This document shows, one piece after another, positions 19,309-27,825 of a stretch of DNA of 32,000 nucleotides. The DNA lies in NCBI GenBank assembly GCA_964589775.1, contig CAZPUN010000027.1, forward strand, positions 10,923 through 42,922, in the 5' to 3' direction. This DNA is from an uncultured archaeon. GTDB lineage: Archaea > Asgardarchaeota > Thorarchaeia > Thorarchaeales > CAZPUN01. Each line of letters starts with the position of its first letter. Within the stretch, counting starts at the first letter, position 1. The position numbers and the translations under genes are program-made. Below the pieces are notes generated by a model, which worked only from the letters and a program-made list of their open reading frames with translations, searched no databases and was not told where the DNA came from.

Positions 19309-19520
19309 AAACACTCTGCGAGAAAGCATCGTTTTTCAAAGCGGTGATGAATCGCAGAAAAGTTCAATAATGATTATCCATATCTTAATGGAACTAAACA
19401 TACTAAAGGGCTGGAGCGTATAGTTCCCTTGTCGGGGCACAGCGCATATATGCATGAAATGGCTACCGCTGAATAGCCTATATGCAGACCCCTCGCATTT
19501 CAATGCGGGGAGTATGCCAG
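19309..19520 (+). mobile_element. Non-autonomous IS200/IS605-family element (left end, tnpB 3' remnant / omega-RNA scaffold, right end)
   Basis: Left end GAAAG-hairpin-ATGAA nested in a CTGCGA/TCGCAG stem. NILK remnant of the TnpB C-terminus. Right-end hairpin CCCTCGCATT-TC-AATGCGGGG followed by AGTATGCCAG, similar to IS608-type GGGGAGTATGTCAA. No transposase. Confidence 0.75.
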
Positions 19521-19524
19521 AAAA

Positions 19525-20310
19525 TCAGAGATATTCAACAAGATCAATCGCAAAGTCGATATTTTTTTCTCCAATTTTTATTGTTCCATAATACTTATGC
19601 GAGTTCCAGTCATGCTTTTTGTTTTTTGTTATTATCCATAATTCCATAGCATTCGTCTTATTCTTTAATTCTAAACGAATAGGTTTAATGATTGTTTCAC
19701 ATTCTTCATCCTTGCAGTTCAAATACAATTTTATAGGCGTTTCATCTGAAATTCCAACTTTACGTTTGGTCTTATTTATTGCATCTATTGCATCTATCAA
19801 AATGATTTTCTGGCGTAATCTATCATCAACTGATAAATCTACAAAAACAAATCCGTGCTCGTTTTCGTTATATACAACATTTTCAGGAATATCTATTTCA
19901 AATTTTATGTCCTCTTGATCTATGGTAGCCTCTTGTTCCTTACCTAATGGTATTGTCACTGGTCCTGCTGTAATCTCTTCCATCAATGAAATCGGATCTA
20001 ACATTTTAATAACTTCTAAAACCGCATCACTTTTCTTCTTAAATTTTTTACGGATCTCTTTCTCATTAGGTAGGACTTTTATCTGTGCAAACTTTGGTAG
20101 CGTGTTAATGTTTGTTATTACAAAATTCTCAACTTCAAATTCTATTGATATGCGTTCTTTAACTAATTCTGCAGATTCTTTTGCAGCTGCGCTCTTTGGT
20201 GAAAAGTATATCGTGTGAATTGGTTTTTTCTCTTTTACTCTTGGGAGTTCTCTTAAAAACTCAGAGAGTACTGGGTATATATCTACAGAATAGATCGTCT
20301 TAAAAGTCAT
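19525..20310 (-). CDS. Stand-alone protein resembling the C-terminal (DUF5915-like) region of type-2 isoleucyl-tRNA synthetase
   Basis: KVLPNEKEIRKKFKK..DAVLEVIK.LDP, VFVDLSVDDRL and AINKTKRKVGI...IKLY align by eye with the IleRS C-terminal KPNF..LG.KF / YLDT.LT.EL / RIQ.MRK..L pattern. No HIGH or KMSKS. ATG 20310 after GGTGA. Confidence 0.7.
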   Translation of the reverse strand: MTFKTIYSVDIYPVLSEFLRELPRVKEKKPIHTIYFSPKSAAAKESAELVKERISIEFEVENFVITNINTLPKFAQIKVLPNEKEIRKKFKKKSDAVLEVIKMLDPISLMEEITAGPVTIPLGKEQEATIDQEDIKFEIDIPENVVYNENEHGFVFVDLSVDDRLRQKIILIDAIDAINKTKRKVGISDETPIKLYLNCKDEECETIIKPIRLELKNKTNAMELWIITKNKKHDWNSHKYYGTIKIGEKNIDFAIDLVEYL

Positions 20311-20633
20311 AGACTTAATCACCAAACCTTTACAAATCAATAATATCTGCAGCGCCAAGCTCTCTTTATTTTATATGTTTTTCTATATTTATATTTGTAT
20401 CCTTATATTTTATATTCGCTTTTTGATTTAACTTTATTCCTGTATTTTAATTATAAAAGGAAAATATTTTCATAATGTTAATTTTTCATTTTCATAATTT
20501 AGTCTAAACAAGGAATTTTAGTACTATTATTAATTCATACTCCATTGAAAAATTATAATGAAATATTACCATTTTATTCTCTTTTTTAAATTTATAATGG
20601 TAAAATTAATATATTTGAAATATATTGTATAAT

Positions 20634-20741
20634 ATGACGCCCCTTCGCGTCTCGAATCTGAATCTATTCCTTGCTATACGCACGCACGACTGGCTGACTG
20701 ATTTTCGCATATTATATGCGAGACCGGGAGAGGGGCGTCAT
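20634..20741 (+). ncRNA. Unidentified structured RNA candidate (108 nt) or small inverted-repeat element; strand uncertain
   Basis: 52% GC island in very AT-rich DNA. Perfect 11-bp terminal stem ATGACGCCCCT/AGGGGCGTCAT, extended by GTCTCG/CGAGAC. TATA-like TTAATATA upstream and a T5 tract downstream. Confidence 0.5.
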
Positions 20742-20923
20742 CGAGTTTTTGTGATATTATCTATGGCTTATTTCGCTATTCCTGAATATTCAAAAAAACT
20801 AGCTAATCAATAAATCGTTTTGATAGTTTAGATCATAATAATGTTAATCATTCAGAAAAATGAGTTAACTATAATCTTGTATTAAAAAAGGTGGGGTTTC
20901 ATATGCGATTATTATTACGAATT

Positions 20924-21514
20924 TTACTTTAGAAGTATTTCTGTTGATTCATTTTTGAATCTCAACTTAAGTCTTATTTTTCCATCGATCCTATATTTTT
21001 GAAAATCATTTATATTCACATTATATGTTTCTTTCACGAAATTGTCCAATATTTTCCTTATATCTTCATCATTTTCCAAGCCTTTAATAAACTCCTTATT
21101 TTTCTCTTCATTAAAGATTCTGACTACCAATCCAAGAATATTTTCGATACTTCCATTCTCAATGACTTCTATAACATTCTTGAAATTCTTCTCATCTGAA
21201 AAGTAATTTGATGAATTTATGAACCAATCTATGATCAGCGAGATTTGATATGGATTGATGCTTAATCCATTGTTTTTTATCTTTTTTATGATTCTCAATG
21301 CAATTTCAAATGCTTTAAGATAATCATTCATATCATAACTTCCAAAAGAATGTGCCTGTGCAGAAACAAATAATGATAGCCTCGAATATAAAACATCTCC
21401 TATATCCTTATCATATTCAAAAATTTCATTGGATAATTTTTCAATACTCGCAACTCTACTTTCTTTAGCATTCAAGTGTCCTAAATTCCTTAATCTTTTG
21501 TAAAACCTTTCCAT
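20924..21514 (-). CDS. Hypothetical AT-rich protein
   Basis: 196-aa ORF with a GGGTG SD. Rich in I/K/N/E, no recognisable motif. Confidence 0.7.
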   Translation of the reverse strand: MERFYKRLRNLGHLNAKESRVASIEKLSNEIFEYDKDIGDVLYSRLSLFVSAQAHSFGSYDMNDYLKAFEIALRIIKKIKNNGLSINPYQISLIIDWFINSSNYFSDEKNFKNVIEVIENGSIENILGLVVRIFNEEKNKEFIKGLENDEDIRKILDNFVKETYNVNINDFQKYRIDGKIRLKLRFKNESTEILLK

Positions 21515-21844
21515 TTTCTACACCCTTAATTTTTTATTTTTATATGCGTTATATCTGTTGCAATAATCCTTTATTATTTGCCTCTCAATAATTTGATTTT
21601 ATTCAATCATTTCTTTTTTGTAGCAGGTCTTCATTCTTCTAAGAGCTTTAAGATAAATATATGTAAAGGATCTAAAATTATTTTTTGTCCCCATGGATAT
21701 CATTTTCATACAATTTATGTATTATCAATTGAGTTTTTAGAAATATGAATGGGCTGAAATTGTGATATGGTATAAATCATACAATTCAAAAGTTTAATAA
21801 ATGGAATAATTACGAGAGTATACAAGATTTGACAGGTGATAAAA

Positions 21845-22228
21845 ATGACCGATGACGACCTCGAGTTGGAACTTATACGCAAGCGGAAGATGGAACGACT
21901 ACTACAGATGCAGAAACAGCTCGAGGAGCAAAAGAAGCGAGAACAGCAGAAGCAAAGTAAGCGTGAAGAACTATTATCTCGTGCATTATTACCCGAGGCT
22001 AAATTATACTTAAATCAAGTTAGATCTAAGGCACCGGGAGTTGCAAAGCAAATTGAAGATATTGTATTGTACTTGGTGTTGTATAGAGGATTGTATGAGC
22101 CATTAAATCAAATCGACATAATGTATATTGAGCGAAAGATTACCGGCCAGGAACCTAAGATTACAATAAAGCGAAGAGGAAAAGAAAATAAGACAATTTC
22201 AGACTATTTTAAGGAAAATATGGATTAA
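21845..22228 (+). CDS. PDCD5-related dsDNA-binding protein (MJ0691 family)
   Basis: DDLELELIRKRKMERL, LLSRALLPEAK.YL..V, P.VAKQIE and PKITIKRR. ATG 21845 after GGTGA. Confidence 0.9.
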   Translation: MTDDDLELELIRKRKMERLLQMQKQLEEQKKREQQKQSKREELLSRALLPEAKLYLNQVRSKAPGVAKQIEDIVLYLVLYRGLYEPLNQIDIMYIERKITGQEPKITIKRRGKENKTISDYFKENMD

Positions 22229-22429
22229 TCCCCCTTATTTCTAATTATTTCTGAGCATATCTCTCATTTTTGATTACTATATTATGATATTTCGTAGTAT
22301 TGGATAGTTTATGCTTATTCCTAAGATGTAGAATGACTCCCTATGTACTTTTTATCTAGTGCATTATATGCTTGTATTGCGCTTATTCTAATGTTGAAAA
22401 AGATATAAATAGAAAATAAATATATATTA

Positions 22430-23380
22430 ATGAGAAGAGGGATTTATGTGTCAGCTCCAGGTCAATGCCCCTATTTGAATATATCTAAAAGTGGATATTA
22501 CTGTAAAGTTCGAAACATGCCTATAATTGATACAGAAGTTCGTTATAAATGTACGAATCCAAGCATGTATCAATATTGTGCAATAGCCTATGAAGATTTA
22601 ATAAAAGCAAATAAAATGGCTTCCGAGCGAAATCCAGAAGCCTTATTATGGTTAAAAGAAGCAACGGAGTACTTCAAGGTCATTGGCGAAACTGACAATG
22701 CTATTTATTCTGAAATTCAAGCTATTAAGATTGCATTAGCACTTGAAATGGATGATGAAGCAAAGCGACGATATGAAATTGCTCGTGAGATCTATGATAA
22801 AGGTATTGCTGCTGGTGATCCTGCATTAAGTAACCCTCGTGTTCGTGATGAACTGAATGAGATCGGTTCTCAGGTTACTGAATCATTTAAAGCATCGGAA
22901 CCAATGATGGCGTTGCAGGCTGAACTGAAACAAAGCCTTATGCAAGGAATTAAATTGAAGCCCGCAGAACGAAAGGATAAAATCGATATGGAGCTAGAAG
23001 TTATTGATCGGACACGTGTGTACAAGCAAAAATCCGCTGAATACTGGGAGGCAGCTGAAAAATACTTGCAATCTGGAATAATTCAAAGTGCTGTTTTATT
23101 TGCATGTTTAGGCGCCCTATCTGATTTAATGTTAGGTATTCCCAAGGAAGCAATTAAAAAACTAGTCCAGTTCATAGATCGAACCGGTAAGAAAGAAGAA
23201 GTATCAAATCTCTCAATATTTCGTATGACAAAACTATTATTCAAGGCCTATGTTGAAAAGAGTCATGCTGCATTATCTGATGCGGAAGTTTTGTTCCGTA
23301 AGATGGTTTTTGTCTTTGATGATGATGAGCAATTTGCGAAACGTGCTGTACAATTTGTAAAGAATAAAATCAGGTCTTAG
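22430..23380 (+). CDS. Hypothetical protein: N-terminal Cys4 cluster, TPR/SNAP-like helical repeats and a central WH2-like motif
   Basis: CPY-x9-C-x15-C-x8-C. Helical repeats such as KEATEYFKVIG and WEAAEKYLQSG. LKQSLMQGIKLKPAE. The true start may be GTG 22448, after GAGGG. Confidence 0.75.
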   Translation: MRRGIYVSAPGQCPYLNISKSGYYCKVRNMPIIDTEVRYKCTNPSMYQYCAIAYEDLIKANKMASERNPEALLWLKEATEYFKVIGETDNAIYSEIQAIKIALALEMDDEAKRRYEIAREIYDKGIAAGDPALSNPRVRDELNEIGSQVTESFKASEPMMALQAELKQSLMQGIKLKPAERKDKIDMELEVIDRTRVYKQKSAEYWEAAEKYLQSGIIQSAVLFACLGALSDLMLGIPKEAIKKLVQFIDRTGKKEEVSNLSIFRMTKLLFKAYVEKSHAALSDAEVLFRKMVFVFDDDEQFAKRAVQFVKNKIRS

Positions 23381-24713
23381 GTACGAACTGAGACATGAAA
23401 AATCCAATTGTATTATGAATATGTGGGAAAAGTCGCTTAACATAGGGAGCTGACAAATATCCCTTATATCCCTCTACGCCGATTGATTCTACATGTTGTA
23501 TTTCTATTAAATCTTGTTTCATCAGAAAATCTATTTGTGCCTCGCCTTCCTGTGGTAATAAGGAGCATGTTGAGAAAATAATTCGTTTTGGTGGCTTCTG
23601 GAACATTCTCAAAGAGTTCATTAAAATTTTATTTTGAATAGTCGTAAGAATGCCCAAGCGATTTCTGTTAATTTTCCATTTCACATCCGGATTCTGTTGA
23701 AAAGTTCCTGAAGATGAACATGGAGCATCTAATAAGATTCGGTCCACCTCAATTCCTTGGATTTTGCTTATGTCTCCATGTATAACTTGGATCTCATGGT
23801 ATCCCAATCGGTCAAAATTTTGTTTCATTTTCTCCAATCGCTTATATGACAATTCAACGGCAATTAACTTTCCTTCTCCTTGCATTATTTCCCAGATTAG
23901 ACGTGTTTTCATACCTGGTGCAGAACAACCATCTAATATAGTTTCTCCCGGTTTTGGATCTAGTGCTTTCACAGCTGCAATGCTTGCTTTATCTTGAATA
24001 AATATTAGTCGCTCTTTATGTGCACGAGTATGTACTATTGGTATTTTTGTATCTACGACTCTTAGTACGAGCTCTGGAAAATCTTCATCTTTCTCAACTT
24101 TGACTTCGTCTTCATTCAAAGCTTCGATTGCCATATCTACATCTGCTTTTAGAGTGTTCACGCTTAGCCATGTGGTTTTATTCTGATTGTTTGCTTCTAA
24201 TAATTTTAGAATTTCTTCTTCGTTCATAAATTTTGATAATAGCCGTACAAGATAACTAGGATGGGAATAAATTAAACCGAGCTTCTGATCATTTTCAAAA
24301 TCGCTTAAGAAATCCTCTAAATTCAAATTAATTGCCTTACCCAATGACCGCCTTAATTTCGTGATCAAATACTCATCATATTTATCTTTAAAGTAATTGC
24401 TCAATTCTGTAAAGAGTGGTACTGCATATCCTTTAAATGACCGAAAATTTGTTAATGATATTCTAAGTGCTGATTTCAATTCGGGGGCCAGTTCCATATA
24501 TGTAATATCTCTTGGCATACTGCGTACGAGTAAAAAGTCAATTGTATTTAGTGTTCGTATGGTTTCCAAAACGATGGAATAGATAGCACTAACTTGGCTT
24601 ACATTTGATATGTTCTTCTGATAAATTGTGCTTCGAACTAATTCACGAATCGATGATTTTGAAGTTTCATATTTCGTTAGTATTTCCCATGCTATCTTAT
24701 TCACTTCGCTCAT
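23370..24713 (-). CDS. RsmB/NOP2/NSUN-family RNA m5C methyltransferase with a NusB-like N-terminus
   Basis: IQDKAS, LDGCSAPGMKT, LDAPCSSSG (motif IV), FSTCS (motif VI) and PHIHNTIGFF. Confidence 0.93.
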   Translation of the reverse strand: MSEVNKIAWEILTKYETSKSSIRELVRSTIYQKNISNVSQVSAIYSIVLETIRTLNTIDFLLVRSMPRDITYMELAPELKSALRISLTNFRSFKGYAVPLFTELSNYFKDKYDEYLITKLRRSLGKAINLNLEDFLSDFENDQKLGLIYSHPSYLVRLLSKFMNEEEILKLLEANNQNKTTWLSVNTLKADVDMAIEALNEDEVKVEKDEDFPELVLRVVDTKIPIVHTRAHKERLIFIQDKASIAAVKALDPKPGETILDGCSAPGMKTRLIWEIMQGEGKLIAVELSYKRLEKMKQNFDRLGYHEIQVIHGDISKIQGIEVDRILLDAPCSSSGTFQQNPDVKWKINRNRLGILTTIQNKILMNSLRMFQKPPKRIIFSTCSLLPQEGEAQIDFLMKQDLIEIQHVESIGVEGYKGYLSAPYVKRLFPHIHNTIGFFMSQFVPKT

Positions 24714-24801
24714 TTTTCCCTAGTTCCCTGTCCCATTTCTATTATTCTCTATGTAATAAAGTTTGCTAAAATATTTCCGCTTGGGGATTTTGTGCACGGC
24801 A

Positions 24802-24816
24802 CGAAAACATTAAATA
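24802..24816 (+). promoter_or_regulatory. BRE/TATA of rps26e
   Basis: CGAAAA-CA-TTAAATA, predicting a TSS near 24836-24840. Confidence 0.65.
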
Positions 24817-24864
24817 CATTCGCGAAAGCTATTAGTTGATAACAACTCAAGGAGAAAGGCGCAT

Positions 24865-25140
24865 TTGACAAAGAAAAGAAAATCCTCGGGCCGTCATAAG
24901 AGTAATGCCGGCGTAAAAGGCGTTGTCCAATGTAGTTATTGTGGAAGACTTGTTCCTCGTGATAAGGCTAAACGAGTGACAAGGTACATCTCACCTGTTG
25001 ATCCTCAATTAGCTCGCGAGCTAAGAAAGCAGGGCGCATATATTGCGAGACAGAAGCAAGTATCTTACTATTGTGTATCATGTGCGGTACACATTGGAAA
25101 AGTAAAAGTAAGGTCAAGAGCAGAAAGAAGGCAAAGATAA
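24865..25140 (+). CDS. rps26e: 30S ribosomal protein eS26
   Basis: TKKRKSSGRHK, VQCSYCGRLVPRDKA and YCVSCAVH..KVKVRS. TTG start after GGAG. Confidence 0.97.
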   Translation: MTKKRKSSGRHKSNAGVKGVVQCSYCGRLVPRDKAKRVTRYISPVDPQLARELRKQGAYIARQKQVSYYCVSCAVHIGKVKVRSRAERRQR

Positions 25141-25208
25141 TAAATAATTTAGAACACCATGAACGCCAATAAAATAAAAACTCAAATCGAACAAATATTT
25201 TGTACTTA

Positions 25209-25254
25209 GTGGAGAAGGCCTGAAATGTGCCTTTCTCCACGTTTTGAGGTGTTG
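25209..25254 (+). promoter_or_regulatory. Hairpin / anti-RBS element between rps26e and trmY
   Basis: Local stem GTGGAGAAGGC/GCCTTTCTCCAC. Its 3' arm plus the trmY SD is complementary to the rps26e leader at 24840-24866. Confidence 0.7.
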
Positions 25255-25256
25255 CT

Positions 25257-25814
25257 GTGAGTCATATCTTAGTTATGATAGCTAACCGTGCGAAAATCAA
25301 TAGTACTTTTTCATTGAAAGATCTAGCTGGTAGTGCGGGAAGATTAGATGTTGTTTGCCGTGTAGTTCTTAGTTTTCAAGAATCCAAGACTTTTGATACT
25401 CTTTATCTAGTTCTTCGTGGAATGAATGTTCCAATATCACTTGTTCTGCAAAAAGATGTAAAAAAATTCTATACCGAACAAGAAGTGGCACTTGATATTA
25501 AATCAGCAATCCTTGGAATGCCTTCGAGATTTTCTCTTTTAAATATGGATTATGAATCGGTTTTGGAAAGTTTATCAAAAGATCATACATTAGTTCTACT
25601 CGAAGAAACGGGTTCTGACATATTGTCTTATTCACTTGGTAATGATAATTATGCTTTTATATTAGGTGATGATAAAGGATTTCTAGAAGAGCAAATCCTA
25701 TATATGAAAAAAATATGCGATGTATCAATATCTCTGGGAAATATACCCTATCTATCAAGTCAAGTTGTAGCTATTTTAGATTATGTACTTTCAAAATGTA
25801 TTGAAGTGATTTAA
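25257..25814 (+). CDS. trmY: tRNA (pseudouridine54-N1)-methyltransferase, SPOUT family
   Basis: FSLKDLAGSAGRLDVVCR, LEETG, FILGDDKG and SISLG..YLSSQV. GTG start after GAGGTG. Confidence 0.88.
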   Translation: MSHILVMIANRAKINSTFSLKDLAGSAGRLDVVCRVVLSFQESKTFDTLYLVLRGMNVPISLVLQKDVKKFYTEQEVALDIKSAILGMPSRFSLLNMDYESVLESLSKDHTLVLLEETGSDILSYSLGNDNYAFILGDDKGFLEEQILYMKKICDVSISLGNIPYLSSQVVAILDYVLSKCIEVI

Positions 25815-25815
25815 A

Positions 25816-26145
25816 ATGTCTGAACCAAAAGCGATATCGCGACTTAAATCAAAGATAACAAAAGAAAATTTATGGATCTATATTCTTAGATTACTACAGG
25901 AACGTCCTCATTATGGTTATGAAATTAAAAAGGAAATAAAAGAACGCTTTAATTTTCAACCCGCCATGGTCAGTGGTTATGCAATCATTTATCGATTAGT
26001 TAAAGATGGTCTTGTGGAAGCGAAAGCGGATCCTAATTCGACTCGAAAATATTATGAAATCACACCTACTGGTCAAAAAGCTATGAAAGAGGCAAAAAGG
26101 ATCCTTTTGGAAACTTTGAATACTGTTTTTGATCTCACTGAATAA
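25816..26145 (+). CDS. PadR-family transcriptional regulator
   Basis: YILRLL.ERPHYGYEI, Y.IIYRLVKDGLV and RKYYEITPTG. Confidence 0.93.
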   Translation: MSEPKAISRLKSKITKENLWIYILRLLQERPHYGYEIKKEIKERFNFQPAMVSGYAIIYRLVKDGLVEAKADPNSTRKYYEITPTGQKAMKEAKRILLETLNTVFDLTE

Positions 26146-26284
26146 TTTTAGAGGTTTATATACTCATTTTCAAATTTTTGCAATATATTACTAATATAAT
26201 ACAAATATTACAATTTTAACATTATTAAACTACCAAATTAGAAATATATTTAAATACTTTTTATAATATATTTATATAAATGAA

Positions 26285-26563
26285 ATGGTAAGCAACCGGG
26301 AGATTAAATCGATGAAAATTGAATCATACGAGTCTATACTTGGAAACGAGGAATATGTCGTTTTACAGATGATATTACAAGGCTGTCGCAAAATTCCTGA
26401 AATCTGTCAGTTTACCGGTCTATCAAAATCCTGTGTATCTGCAAAGATCGAAGTACTTTCATCACTTGGTTTTATTGAAAAAGGCTGTGATGGTTACGAA
26501 CTAACCAACAAAGGATTTGAATGGATTACTACACAGTCTGGAGCTAACTTAATAATTGTTTAA
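26285..26563 (+). CDS. Small winged-HTH regulator
   Basis: EICQFTGLSKSCVSAKIEVLSSLGFI...YELTNKG. Alternative start ATG 26312 after GGGAG. Confidence 0.8.
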   Translation: MVSNREIKSMKIESYESILGNEEYVVLQMILQGCRKIPEICQFTGLSKSCVSAKIEVLSSLGFIEKGCDGYELTNKGFEWITTQSGANLIIV

Positions 26564-26613
26564 TCTTTTTTTGTAAGAAAATATTAAAAATACGTATCTA
26601 TTTTATAATATCG

Positions 26614-27825
26614 GTGTTTGATTTGGTTGATTATGATGTAGTGGTTGTTGGAGCTGGTCCTGCCGGTTCTATCGCTGCTAAAGAAATAGGTGAATCTGGA
26701 TATAGTGTTCTTCTTTTAGATAGGGATTCAGAACCCGGGCGAACAAAATTATGTGGTGGAATGATAAGTTATCAAGGAATCAGTAATTTTACTTTTCCCG
26801 ATTGGGTAATCGAGCGTAAAATCTCGGGCATACGTACTATATTGCCAAAGAAAGGATTACGCGAATATGATTTTGGCTTAGTTGTTGGAATAAATGTTAA
26901 GCGAGAAGTTCTTGGAAAATACTTGGCTCAACTCGCTCAAAAATCTGGTGTTCATACTGAATTTGGTGCGCGTGTAACTAAAATTTCTAATGGCAAATTT
27001 CCAAAAGTGAAATATGTGACTAATTCCGAAACTATAGAGATTTCTACTAAAATTATTGTAGGTGCTGATGGTGTTTTCTCATTGGTTGCACGGCATTTTG
27101 GAATACGTAAGAAATTTAATGATGAGCAAATTGGAATTACCGCACAGCGCGAAATCTATCTAAACGCTAAGACAATCAATGAAAATTTTGGTAAATTCAA
27201 TGAATTCTATTACGGTCATGAATTTTCTCCTTTTGGATATGGTTGGGTTTTTCCTAGATCTGATTCAGTTGTTGTTGGTGTTGGTTCGTTGTATTCTGTT
27301 GAGAAACGTGATCCCCATGGAATTTCTTATTATCTTGATGCAATAATCAAACATCCATTAATTTCTCCAAGATTATCTGAAGGTCGAATTGGACGTCTAA
27401 AGCAGTTCTTTGTTCCTCTAAGTGGTCCTATATCTCCAACATTTGGGAACAATTTTATTTTGGTGGGTGATGCTGCGGGGCATGTCTCGCCTATCAGTGG
27501 CGAAGGGATTCATTTTGCAATGCTTGGAGGAAGAATTGCTGGGCAGGTGGTTGTTGAGTCTTTGAAGCATGATGATTTCTCTGCTAAACGTTTGGGAAAA
27601 TACGAAAAACTTTGGCGCAAGAACTTTGGAAGTGATTTGAAATGGGGTTTAAAATTAATGAAAATCTTTGAGAAGCGAGGCTCAAAGTCATTAGGCTCTG
27701 GATTCGGCTCAGATAAAACTAGTGTACGATTAATCGGTGAGCTGCTTTATGGTATTAAACCTGTAAAGAAAGTCATTCTATCCGCAATTCCTCAATATGT
27801 CAAATGGAAAATAAGAAAAAGATAA
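26614..27825 (+). CDS. Geranylgeranyl reductase-family flavoprotein
   Basis: VVGAGPAG, KLCGG, GADG, PFGYGWVFP and LVGDAAG..SP.SGEGI. Confidence 0.92.
   Translation: MFDLVDYDVVVVGAGPAGSIAAKEIGESGYSVLLLDRDSEPGRTKLCGGMISYQGISNFTFPDWVIERKISGIRTILPKKGLREYDFGLVVGINVKREVLGKYLAQLAQKSGVHTEFGARVTKISNGKFPKVKYVTNSETIEISTKIIVGADGVFSLVARHFGIRKKFNDEQIGITAQREIYLNAKTINENFGKFNEFYYGHEFSPFGYGWVFPRSDSVVVGVGSLYSVEKRDPHGISYYLDAIIKHPLISPRLSEGRIGRLKQFFVPLSGPISPTFGNNFILVGDAAGHVSPISGEGIHFAMLGGRIAGQVVVESLKHDDFSAKRLGKYEKLWRKNFGSDLKWGLKLMKIFEKRGSKSLGSGFGSDKTSVRLIGELLYGIKPVKKVILSAIPQYVKWKIRKR

Noticed and set aside
20625-20813. 62-aa ORF over the GC island
   Set aside because: TTG start without an SD and no protein features. 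The stem structure explains the composition better.
22300-22400. AATGACTCC suggestive of a fluoride riboswitch, plus degenerate GCTTATTC repeats
   Set aside because: The upstream GATGGAG pseudoknot partner is absent. The two repeats are too degenerate to be a CRISPR array or a confident operator.
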